Assembly (NCBI RefSeq): GCF_006345805.1
Contig: NC_042998.1
Location: forward strand, 95,790,001 to 95,854,000
DNA: 64,000 bases
Origin: Octopus sinensis
Lineage: Eukaryota
Direction of reading: 5' to 3'
The notes under the pieces are model-generated. The model did not search any database and was not told where the DNA came from. It saw only the letters and a list, made by a program, of their open reading frames with translations. How positions within the stretch are numbered: the first letter of the stretch is position 1; each line of letters begins with the position of its first letter. This document shows positions 53,144 to 64,000 of the stretch, in pieces. The position numbers and the translations under genes were made by a program.

Positions 53144-54856
53144 CATAAAAAAAGGAAAGGTCCATGGAAGGGAAGACGGAGAAAGAAAATCGCTAACGAT
53201 ACACACGCGGTCACATATTGAATGACCGGAAGGGAATGGGCGAAGAAAAAGTTCTTTTAAAGACAGGAGAGTGCAAGAGAAGGAGGTATGTGTGTGTATG
53301 TGTACGTATGTTCATGCGCGCAAGTCTGTGTGTGTGTAATGATAGCACGTGTGTCTGTGTGTGTGTGTGGTTGTGGCTGTTTATCTATGTGTTCGGTTGG
53401 GCTTAGTATCGTTTAAGGTCATAGGAAGAATTTATAGTAGGATTGGCTCCTGTTGTGTGTAGGAGTGGCTCCATGTGCGTAGGAGAATGGTCAGTGGAAG
53501 GTACTGGTAGTTGAAGTATGTATGTGTGCGTGTATGTATATGTAGTGTGTGTGTGTGTGTTTTGTTTGCAGTGTGTGCGTGTGTGTGTGTATATGTATGT
53601 ATGTGTGTGTTCGTGTGTGTATGTGTGTATGCATTGGGCTTGTGTGTGTGGGGAGTAACTATACTTTACTTTGTGTATGTGTGCGTATGTGCTTGTATGT
53701 GCGCATGTGTGTATGTGCGTGCGTGTGCTTGTGTGCGTGTGCTTACGTGCGTGTGTGCGTGTATGTGCGTGTGTGTTTGTGCCCATGTGTGTATAATTGT
53801 GTGTTGGAGGTATATGTGCGAACCTGTGCTAGTGTGTAAGTGTGTACGCGCATATGTGTGGGTGTGGGTGTATGTGTGTGGAAGTATGTGTGTGTATATG
53901 TGCATGTATGTCTGTTGTATATGTGTGGTGTATGGGAGGATATATATATATATATATATTTGTGTGTATGTGTGTGTGGTGGTTGGTCATCAATTTAAAT
54001 TGTATCCGGTAGTGGGGCTCTGGTTTGGGAGTTCCAAGTGGAACCACTTCTTCGTCACTATTGTTCATAGGTCTACTCTGATCCGGAGTAGTAACACTTG
54101 TTATGGTCTCAACTGTGTGTTAAATAGCAAATATGATAATCCATCTTACCGCGGAGAGTAAGTCGTACCTTTGGTTGGTGTCAGGGTGCGCAGTAAAACC
54201 ACCATTTGTGAGGGGCTCCTTAATTGTTGTCATAGCATCCTTCCAGGTGAGGGACAATCTGATATAAAACCTGCAGTTTACTTACTCGCCGGTCATTTCG
54301 TCTCTTCGATTTGTTACTCGTTACTAATCACGGAATCTCATAGAGTGCCTCTTGTGTTTTACAAGAGTTTACGATAAGCCAATGACGCACATTTGACTCT
54401 TTCTGGTGACCTCTTTTATCACCCCATCTACTGAAAGTCCCATAGTGTTGAAAGTGTGACGACATGTGCATACCTACCAGTTGGAAGCGCACAGCAGCAA
54501 CTTTTGTCAGTCACCTATGCTTCAAATCATGCCGTTCTGCAACGAGATTGAATATTCTAAGAGTTCATTGTCGAAAAGTCGGAAACGTCATTGACAAAGA
54601 TGAAGCACAAGGAGACGACAATCATCCGTGAAGATGGAGCAATGTGTGTGTGTAGGTGTATGTGTAAGTATGAGTGTAATATATGTGTGTGCATATATGC
54701 GTAGCCATATACGTGCATAGATAATTATTTGTGCATATATACACAAACACATTATTTGATTTTGTCGCCTTTTGGCAGAAACTCGAGGCTTCTACGTTTC
54801 ATGAAAGCACTTTTCTTCAGTTAGCCGTGATAAAATGGTGACACTAAGAGCAACAA

Positions 54857-54926
<70 letters not shown>

Positions 54927-55589
54927 TGTGTGTGTAGAAATATATACACACTGACATTATTATCTGGGATGTTAAAAACGAATTTTCATTTTACAGTAAC
55001 TTAATAGACCCTTTAAAATCACTTTCGCTATATATGTATATATTCAAACTCTCAGAAAGACACCTCACCACATTAATGACTAAATATATTTGGAACTTAA
55101 AGAAGGATAGTATTAATAAATGCGTCCCTCTGTATTAATTGAACTAGAAGCTGTGATCTTCGACGCTTAGCGTAGTAAATAACCTATTAGCACCATGCAA
55201 TTTTCAACAAGATTTTCAGAAATATTTAACTATCAACAGGCTACAAAAGTTTACTTTCCGCATAAGTGAGTTACCATACTGTAAGGTATGATCAGATAAT
55301 GAAACAAATATATTCTTATTCAACAACACCAAAATTTCATTACTGTAGCCGCCTAAATTGCTTTCGTGTGTTTTATAAATATGATTCTGAAAACAGAATA
55401 TCATAATATGCATAAAGTCCGTGTGTGTGTGTGTGTTTATGTGTGTGTGTGCGTAAGTGTTTGTGTGCGTGCGTGTACATATGTGTATATATAAGTATAT
55501 ATATATAGTGTGTGTGTGTGTGTGGTGTGTATGTGTGTGTGTATGTATATGATGATTGCTTCATCTTGACAGATGATAACCGCCCCATC

Positions 55590-57135
55590 AATATACAAAC
55601 CACACTCCATCCCACAGTACAATGACTCCGTTGATGAGCCCTTAGATGACTTTTAACACCAGCTGCTGTTTGACTGGGTTTAAAACACAAGTGACATATT
55701 ATTCAAGTTTCTTCCGATTCTAAAGGAATGTTATTGTAAACTAGCATATGTCTTTTAAGTGTACACATTGTCCTAAAGTTTTTTGACATTCGACTCAAGT
55801 CGTAAGAGGCAGTTGGTGTCCAAGATCATTACCTATCAGGACATTACGATTTTCATGTGACTTCATATGATTCACGTATCCTGCTTTTGACAACAGAACA
55901 CTGTCACATATAATACATATCCAATGTTCCCTGTTGATTACAGTTCCAATTGTTCTTTTGGAAGAGGCTCTTTGAAATTCAGAGTGCTAAATCATCTTTT
56001 CCTCTCAGGCATTGCAACCAGTCCTAACAGCACCTTTCGACTTGTTCCGATCTAGAACATCATTTTCCCAATCACTTTTGTTCATATCTAGGTTCTTTAG
56101 GTTTTCCTTCACATAGTCTTTATACCTTTTCCTTGGGTTATGTTGTGGTCGCTTACCAAAGTTGAGCTTACCATAAAAAAGACTCTTTGGCAAATGCTCG
56201 TATTTCATTCTAATAACATGTTCAGTCCATCTCATTTTAACCAAGATAACATGTTGTTCAATTGAACTGCAACATGCCATGCGCAAAACCTCTGTATCTA
56301 GTATAAAACATTCCCACTTGACTCCTAAGATACGTCTGATACACTTTTCATGAAATCGCTTGTAAGTGGTCCATGTCTCACTTGAATAAAGAAGTGCAGA
56401 CAATACACACGCTTTATAGACACCGATTTTTGTCTACAGGGAAATACCTCTTTCCGCCCATACTCGCTTTTCTAGCTTTCCAAATGCAACACTTCCCTTC
56501 CCTATTTAATAATATATCTCTACATCAAGATTACCATCTTTTGACAGTGTGCTTCCTAGGTAAACAAAGGTGTTAACGACTTCTAACCTTGTTCCATTCA
56601 CATATTAGGTTCAGAATATTTTTGTCCTGGCACGGGAGTAAACACTATTTTGGTTTTCCCAAGACTAATTGTGAGTCCAAAATGTACACATGCAGTGGAA
56701 AATCTGTCCATTAAATGTTGCATATCCCCCTCTGAGTGTGCCAACAAATTAGCATAATCAGCATAAAGTAATTCTCTAACAAGTATTTTGAAAGTCTTTG
56801 CTTTGCAATTAAACCGGATCAAATTAAAAATACGACCAGATGTCCGAAATCTGATTCCAATTCCCCTGTTGCAATCCTTGAAAGCATACCAAAGCAATGC
56901 TGCAAAATAAATAGAGAAAAGTATAGGGGTAGGAATATCTCCCCGTTTGACACCATTGTCTACTGAAAATTCCTGAGTTTTCATGTTTCTGTGTAGTTCC
57001 TTAAAGATACCCACAAAATGTGTTGGGCAACCAAGTTTACACAAAACAATCCACAGTGCCTCTCTGTTTACCGTGTCAAATGCCTTAGTTAAATCTATGA
57101 AGACCTGGTATAGTGGCATTTGTTCCTCTAAGCAT
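55590..57135 (-). pseudogene. RTE-clade LINE RT fragment
   Basis: FIDLTKAFDTVNRE, NGVKRG, ELLYADY, FGLTISLGKTK, LLYSSETWT and LPKSLFYGKL..GKRPQ; frameshifted. Confidence 0.9.
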
Positions 57136-57157
57136 TTCTCGTTCTCTCCTCTCTCTC

Positions 57158-57204
<47 letters not shown>

Positions 57205-57212
57205 CACACACA

Positions 57213-57267
<55 letters not shown>

Positions 57268-57268
57268 C

Positions 57269-57299
<31 letters not shown>

Positions 57300-57305
<6 letters not shown>

Positions 57306-57801
57306 GAAGGCTCTATAAGTTACGAAGACAGAGCAACTATGAAAGTCTCTTAGTACAATAATAACTATATAATAATATATCATAATAATATATATACTCC
57401 GATTTAAAGCGACATTTTTATATAAACAATTGACTGAAAAATGACGTGCTAACCCAGACCAGAATCGAACCCACATATCAACGCTAACACGGTTCCATGT
57501 ACATCTGATAGAGCCAAACGCTCACCCATCAATTTCAACCAAATTTTATGAATATACTTAAACTGTCCAATACTACATATAATATCTATAAACAAACCCG
57601 AAGTTATTATTGTACTAAATGGCTTCCATAGTCGCTCTATCTCCGAAACTTAAAAAACCTTCGGGTTTGTTTTGAAATATTATATATAGTATTGGACACT
57701 TAAAGTATATATTCATAAAATTTGGCTGAAATTGATGGGTGAACGTTTGGCCCAATCGGATGCACATGGAGCCGTGATAGCGTTGATATGTGGGTTCGAT
57801 T
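57300..57801. repeat. Nested diverged inverted repeats (foldback) containing a tRNA/B-box-like end
   Basis: 57463-57603 is approximately the reverse complement of 57659-57801; 57301-57366 is approximately the reverse complement of 57601-57668; gtgggttcgat B-box-like. Confidence 0.75.
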
Positions 57802-57840
57802 AAAATAACTAAGTCTCTCTAGAGAGACTTAGTTATTTTA
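57801..57840. repeat. Perfect 40-bp palindrome at the 5' junction of the 360-bp array
   Basis: taaaataactaagtctctct|agagagacttagttatttta. Confidence 0.95.
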
Positions 57841-57940
57841 ATATTTCTATTATTGAAAACAAGTGGATGTATTCCACCGAAACTAGGTAAATAAAACCAT
57901 CGAACAGAGATTGTCGGAAGCGACACCTACTGGCGGCTAC

Positions 57941-57981
57941 GCTGCATTGAAAAGGGCAATACCCCGAAACGCGTCTGTAGC
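57941..57981 (+). ncRNA. Type I hammerhead ribozyme with U3-A8 core (copy 1)
   Basis: GCUGCA UUGAAAA GGG CAAUAC CCC GAAAC GC GUC UGUAGC. Confidence 0.8.
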
Positions 57982-58299
57982 TGCCGGTCAAGTAGTGTGG
58001 AGCGACTGACCTCCCTTGTTCGAGGGTTATATGGATACAGTTTGTGTATCAAATAGCTAACTTAAGGCGATGGCCTCATGGAGCTAATAAGCGGACAGCT
58101 TTTTTCTTATTTTTATAAGAATGCCATATTAGTATGGCGATAACTATATTTTCCGGGAACGCTGCCGCTGTTCTCTTTTAGAGAGACTTAGTTATTTTAA
58201 TATTTCTATTATTGAAAACAAGTGGATGTATTCCACCGAACTAGGTAAATAAAACCATCGAACAGAGATTGTCGGAAGCGACACCTACTAGCTGGCTAC

Positions 58300-58342
58300 G
58301 CTGCATTGAAAAGGGGCATATCCCCGAAAACGCGTCTGTAGC
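58300..58342 (+). ncRNA. Type I hammerhead ribozyme with U3-A8 core (copy 2)
   Basis: GCUGCA UUGAAAA GGGG CAUAU CCCC GAAAAC GC GUC UGUAGC. Confidence 0.75.
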
Positions 58343-58661
58343 TGCCGGTCAAGTGGTGTGGAGCGACTGACCTCCCTTGTTCGAGGTTTATAGGATACAG
58401 TTTGTGTATCAAATAGCTAACTTAAGGCGATGGCCTCATGGAGCTAATAAGCGGACAGCTTTTTTCTTATTTTTATAAGAATGCCATATTAGTATGGCGA
58501 TAACTATTATTTTCCGGGAACGCTGCCGCTGTTCTCTTTTAGAGAGACTTAGTTATTTTAATATTTCTATTATTGAAAACAAGTGGATGTATTCCACCGA
58601 AACTAGGTAAATAAAACCATCGAACAGAGATTGTCGGAAGCGACACCTACTAGCTGGCTAC

Positions 58662-58704
58662 GCTGCATTGAAAAGGGGCAATACCCCCGAAACGCGTCTG
58701 TAGC
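58662..58704 (+). ncRNA. Type I hammerhead ribozyme with U3-A8 core (copy 3)
   Basis: GCUGCA UUGAAAA GGGG CAAUAC CCCC GAAAC GC GUC UGUAGC. Confidence 0.8.
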
Positions 58705-58893
58705 TGCCGGTCAAGTGGTGTGGAGCGACTGACCTCCCTTGTTCGAAGGTTATATGGATACAGTTTGTGTATCAAATAGCTAACTTAAGGCGATGGCCTC
58801 ATGGAGCTAATAAGCGACAGCTTTTTTCTTTTTTCTTATTTTTATAAGAATGCCTATTAGTATGGCGATAACTATTATATATATATAATATAT

Positions 58894-58931
<38 letters not shown>

Positions 58932-60287
58932 TATATATGTATATATACAGATAGATAAATACACGCACAAATGCACACACACACACCACACACAACACAC
59001 ACACAACACAACACATATATATAATATTATATTATATGTATAATACATATAATATATATGCACAGTATATATATATTCTGTATGTATATATATATATATA
59101 CATATATACATATATCAGTATATATATGCATATATACGTATATATATATACATATATATATAATATTTATATATGTACCGTATATATATACATATATACG
59201 TATATATATATTCGTATATATATATATATATTCGTATATATATATATTCGTATATATATGTGTATGCATGTGTTTGTGTGTGCGCGCGTGTGTGTATGCT
59301 TAGGGAGAAAGGTGGTATCACAGTAGGTATGTGCACATAATTTAAACTGGGTTAAGATGACACGTGAGTGTTGATTACGAACAATGCTCCAAAAGATACA
59401 TAGCTAGCCTTTGGTTACAATGTGACTGTTTAACAATAGGCATTAAAAGTTTAGAGAAAGTAAAGAGGAAAAAAACCATGCACACTGCCAATGACTTGAA
59501 AGAGAATATCAACAATTAGATTTTGCATTTGGACACAAAAGAAATATGAAAAAAGAAACATCTAATGTGATTTATGTGTAAGAATAAGAAAAGAAGAAAG
59601 TACAGATGAAGGCAATAATGTATAATGCTTACTCTAGCTTGAGTAAGGAACGTCAGTCTGCCGTTTAAAACAAGGTCAGATGAAGCAGCGCATGAATATT
59701 ATACAAATTATTGAGAAGATAAAATTCTTAAGACGGTTGACATTTTAAGGTTGCAGAAATACGTACAATCCCAAAAGGATAGAATTGTCACGAGGACAAC
59801 AAAGATGAGTGTTGTTGCGAGCGGGATGTGTTATGCAAGATCACGAACAGACGATATCGAGACGACATTAGTGAAATAGAATAGATTTGGGTTTCTCATA
59901 CAACAAAGTAGATACTTATCGTCTTTCTCTTATATTATTATGCATCATAAAAGTTGTGTTTGTAAGGTCTGATGAATTGTAACTTACCAAAGTTTGATTG
60001 TATGAGCATTATTACATAAATACCCACATATGTATTACATACCTTTGTTCTTTCAATAATATTCTTTTTTTCCACGCTTGTATGTGTTGATCATGTACAT
60101 ACTTGAGGCAGGATCTTGCGCCCAGATGCTCTTCGTATCCCCAACACTTACCTTACAGAACAACCGATTTTGATATCTTAAAAAATATATGTAAATATGT
60201 ATGTAAATATGTATATACATGCACTCAGATAGGTGCACAGTACACTCACATACGTAAAATGTGTGTTTATGTATATTTGTAAAGATG

Positions 60288-60323
<36 letters not shown>

Positions 60324-62182
60324 ATATATAATATTATATATATATATATATAGCACAAATTATTTGTTTATAGTAATGAAATGTTCGCGCCGCACATTAG
60401 CTCACTCCCTCTACCAAATTGACATTGTCTGAACAGATGTACAGTGTGCCACGTGTCATGTGTCGAAGTGATCGCAAAGCAACGTGAGATGAAGTGTTTT
60501 GCTCAAGAACACAACGAGCCACTTGGGCTTGGAATTGCACTCACGATCGCCAGAACACCCTAAGCTCTAAGTAGTTTGGTATGCGCATTGGTGTGTATGC
60601 ATGCGTGTCTATACATATATATATATGTGTGTGTGTGTTTAATACACATTTACAAATCGAGTATTGGTACAGCTAATTACTTTCCGTCTGTCATATCCTC
60701 GATGTTCCTCTGTGTCAAGTGAGGTTGTGGTCTGAGAGGTTGTCTATGTCTACTCGACACTATACAGTTACCTAAAATAATAGGTGAAAGCATGATACAT
60801 TCTACCAAGTCATACGTTATTGCGTGTTACGAATTATTCGTACTAACATTCTTAAACATCTGGCTTGCAACAAAATTAAAGTTTGACGTGTATGGTTACG
60901 TAACAACTACACGGTATTATATTTCACAGGACAGAAGACGGTGAGTTGACAGAATCGCTAGCTCCTCGCAGAATTACTTGACGGCATTTCTTCCACCTCT
61001 TTATGTTCTGAGCTCCAGTCCTACGAAGATCAACTTCGCCTTTCATCCTTTCGAGATCAGTAAAATATTGAACCAGTCACGTACTAAGGTGGATGGAATC
61101 AGCTCGTCGTCCTACAAAAATTGCTGGCCTGCTAAAATTTAAATCAATTGTATTACATATGATAACAAACAACGGTTTGAAAAAAATATAAACATTGTGT
61201 TGTGTATTGTTTTATAATTCAAAGGAAACCATTATTCTTTGTTATAATTTGTACATTCACATTTACAGTGCATTTTTAGGGCGATTACTTTTGTCTTGAC
61301 AGCGGTAAATTTATAGCAGAAAAAAAAAAGGTTAATTGTCCATGTTATTACAAAACACTGACCTTTTCTAAATAATAAGAATGACAAGCAGAACATGATT
61401 TATCGTAAGAGATTTTTTTTTTAAAGCAAAAGCCAATTACGTAATTTACAGCAGTAAATTCTGTGAAGCAAAGTAAATGAATTTTTTTACAGACGCTAAG
61501 TAGATAAATGCGATTTGTGAGGAAAATGTTGCATAGATTAAAAGTCATTTCACATGAATTTAAATAGCTTTTAACTGAGTTAAGCACCTTCATTTAATAT
61601 TTCAGAACATGCAATGCTGCATCATATTTATGTATTGCAAAAGTTCAATTTACATGACCAGTTGCTGAGAGCCAAGTCTACGTACATGTTGAAAATGGCA
61701 CGACGAGTAATTACAGTAGCGTTTCATTGCAAATTATCGGCAACCAGCGGATATCCTTCCTTTGGTATTAATAGCGAGAAAACCCAATGATATTATGCTG
61801 TACGACATTTTTTTTCATACCGTATTTCTAACCTCATTTTATTTTGTTGTCATTGTTGCGGTCGTTGCCGTCGTTGTTGTTGATATTATTATATAAGAAT
61901 TGTTTCGTTGACAATAGAGGTCAAGCACCATAGTAGACTCCTCAAATAAATAAAATACATACACATTCATAAGCATATATGCATATAATATATATATATA
62001 CATACATTCGTCAAACATGCCGAAACTTCTAAATCACTGTTGCACCAATTGTAAAAGTGTAATAAACAACTCTAGAAAAAGATTTGAGTAATACTTCGGT
62101 TCAATACTAGATTGTATTTATTGTAACTCAGTATTAAAACAATCGTTAATATATGCGAGCTTGTGTTTATGTGCGGGTGTGT

Positions 62183-62480
62183 GGAGGCACATGGTCTAGT
62201 GGTTAGAGCAGTGGACTCGCAGTCGAGGGATCGCGGCGTCGAATCTCAGACCGGGCGATGTGTATGTTCATGGGCGAAACACATAAGCTCCACGCAGCTC
62301 CGCCAGAAGGTAATGGCGAAGTTCTGCTGACTCTTTTGCCACAACTTTCATATTTTCTCCTGCATCTAGCAGCGCACCTGCAATTGAGGGGTGTCCCATC
62401 AGGTGGGGAACCTATACGCCAATGAAACCGGGAAATTGGCCCTTATGAGCCAGTTATGGTTCAAAAAGTAACAAACAACA
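62183..62480 (+). mobile_element. tRNA-derived SINE (family D) with (TATC)n downstream
   Basis: tggtctagtggttagagcagtggactcgcagtcgagggatcgcggcgtcgaatctcagaccgggcg head. Confidence 0.8.
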
Positions 62481-62481
62481 A

Positions 62482-62555
<74 letters not shown>

Positions 62556-62843
62556 GGAAAAATAGAAGTTGAAAATGCACTGAGAATAGTTAAAATATTT
62601 TTTATTATTATATTTAAAGATTTAACCGGTTTCACACTTTACACTGATTTTCAAATGTTTGAAGTAAAAAGAGGTGGCTTATGTCGCAGCTGTTTTCTTA
62701 TGACTAGTGTTTGAAGCTTGCCCTGTTTTTATATGGAGTTCAGGGCTCAAATTATTTGAATAGGGTTTGATTGGTAGAGGATAGTCACAAAGGCTGACAC
62801 GGTTGACTGAAAACATCTAGTGGTAGTACTAAAATATTAGTTT

Positions 62844-62899
<56 letters not shown>

Positions 62900-62914
62900 A
62901 TAATATATATATTA

Positions 62915-63678
62915 TATATAATTAGGGCTTAGTAAAATAAATTACTTTGCCACATACTGAATTTGCTAGAAATAGCAGCCAAAAAAGTTTTTTTGCCATT
63001 TCCACTACTTAAAGAAAATTTCTCTCAGATAATGTTTACTCAAAATAACTCACGAAGGTATGGAGGTAAAAACAGAAAAATATCACAAGTACAAAGATTA
63101 TTTGAGAACGTTAACGTTTCTAGATTAGCCAAATAAACTCAGCATTTCTTTCGTCAGCTCAACATTTCTTATTTTGGATTTGGAAGCACTAAAAAGAAAG
63201 AACATACCCTTTGGCGACTTATCACCTCAGATGACCCGTTCAGACTGCCAGTACCAACAAATTCAAAATGTGCAAGCGAAGATTCCCTGCTCTCCCCTTC
63301 CACCCACGTGGGTTATCTAGCAAACATTATATTTTAACGGTGAGAACCGAGGCAATATGACAGAGAGAAATGAATTATAATATCAACAATTGAGGGTAAA
63401 ATTAATTAGTTATTAATCAATTTCACAAAGTATTCAGTATGTAAAAGGACCATTTAAGGCGAATTCAAAATATTACATTATATAATTAGGGCTTAGTAAA
63501 ATAAATTACTTTGCCACATACTGAATTTGCTAGAAATAGCAGCCAAAAAAGTTTTTTTGCCATTTCCACTACTTAAAGAAAATTTCTCTCAGATAATGTT
63601 TACTCAAAATAACTCACGAAGGTATGGAGGTAAAAACAGAAAAATATCACAAGTACAAAGATTATTTGAGAACGTTAA
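62915..63678 (-). mobile_element. 564-bp-period element (~1.35 units; ~195-bp identical direct repeats) with a hammerhead
   Basis: attagggcttagtaaaa...ttgagaacgttaac at 62921-63115 and 63485-63679; abuts (TA)n. Confidence 0.85.
63102..63162 (-). ncRNA. Type I hammerhead ribozyme
   Basis: UUGAG CUGACGA A AGA...UCU A GAAACG UUAA CGUU CUCAA; stem I UUGAG/CUCAA; stem III ACG/CGU; A-A mismatch at the base of stem II. Confidence 0.7.
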
Positions 63679-63762
63679 CAAAGACAAAACACAACAACGC
63701 GAGGACGTGGAACAAGTATAGTGTTATTGGACGCTCAGGAAAGGAAAACACACACACATACA

Positions 63763-63814
<52 letters not shown>

Positions 63815-63826
63815 ATATATATATAT

Positions 63827-63871
<45 letters not shown>

Positions 63872-64000
63872 TAGATAGATAGAGATAGATAGATAGATAC
63901 ATACATACATACATACATACATACATACATACATACATACATACATAGGCAAGTGTCTTCTTTTATAGCTTCGGGCCAATCAAAGCGATGAGAGTGGAGT

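Larger units (their letters stand above)
57821..58878 (+). mobile_element. Retrozyme-like tandem array: ~360-bp unit x ~2.9, one hammerhead per unit
   Basis: Unit starts agagagacttag at 57821, 58180 and 58541; near-identical; non-coding; ends in (TA)n. Confidence 0.85.

Noticed and set aside
53511-54161. 216-aa ORF
   Set aside because: Mostly degenerate (TG)n; the remainder has no recognisable domain
1-64000. Dozens of YI/MYVC/HT/CV/poly-I/L/S ORFs
   Set aside because: They are translations of (TA)n, (TATG)n, (CA)n, (ATT)n and (AGC)n microsatellites

Overview
AT-rich, repeat-dense eukaryotic DNA with no confidently identifiable host protein-coding exon. The SINE families and the (TA)n/(TATG)n/(CA)n/(ATT)n load suggest an octopus/cephalopod intron or intergenic region (inference). 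Most ORFs in the track are microsatellite artefacts. The real coding remnants are transposon-derived: mariner transposase, Penelope-like (PLE) RT/GIY-YIG, Tx1/L1-like ORF1 and ORF2, R4/Dong-like, CR1 and RTE fragments. There are also Helitron/Helentron-type non-autonomous elements and many tRNA-derived SINEs. The most notable signal is a set of type I hammerhead ribozyme (HHR) motifs in small non-coding repeats. A ~360-bp x ~2.9 tandem array (57821-58878) carries an HHR with a compensatory U3-A8 core in every unit and looks like a non-LTR retrozyme. A 564-bp, ~1.35-copy unit (62915-63678) starts next to its own predicted HHR cleavage site. About seven further HHR motifs of other families occur, plus an ~840-bp x ~3.8 array between (TA)n tracts. 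A Tx1-like LINE and a SINE with a similar 3' tail appear inserted at the same site within a SINE head. All structures were read by eye; no folding, alignment or database search was run.
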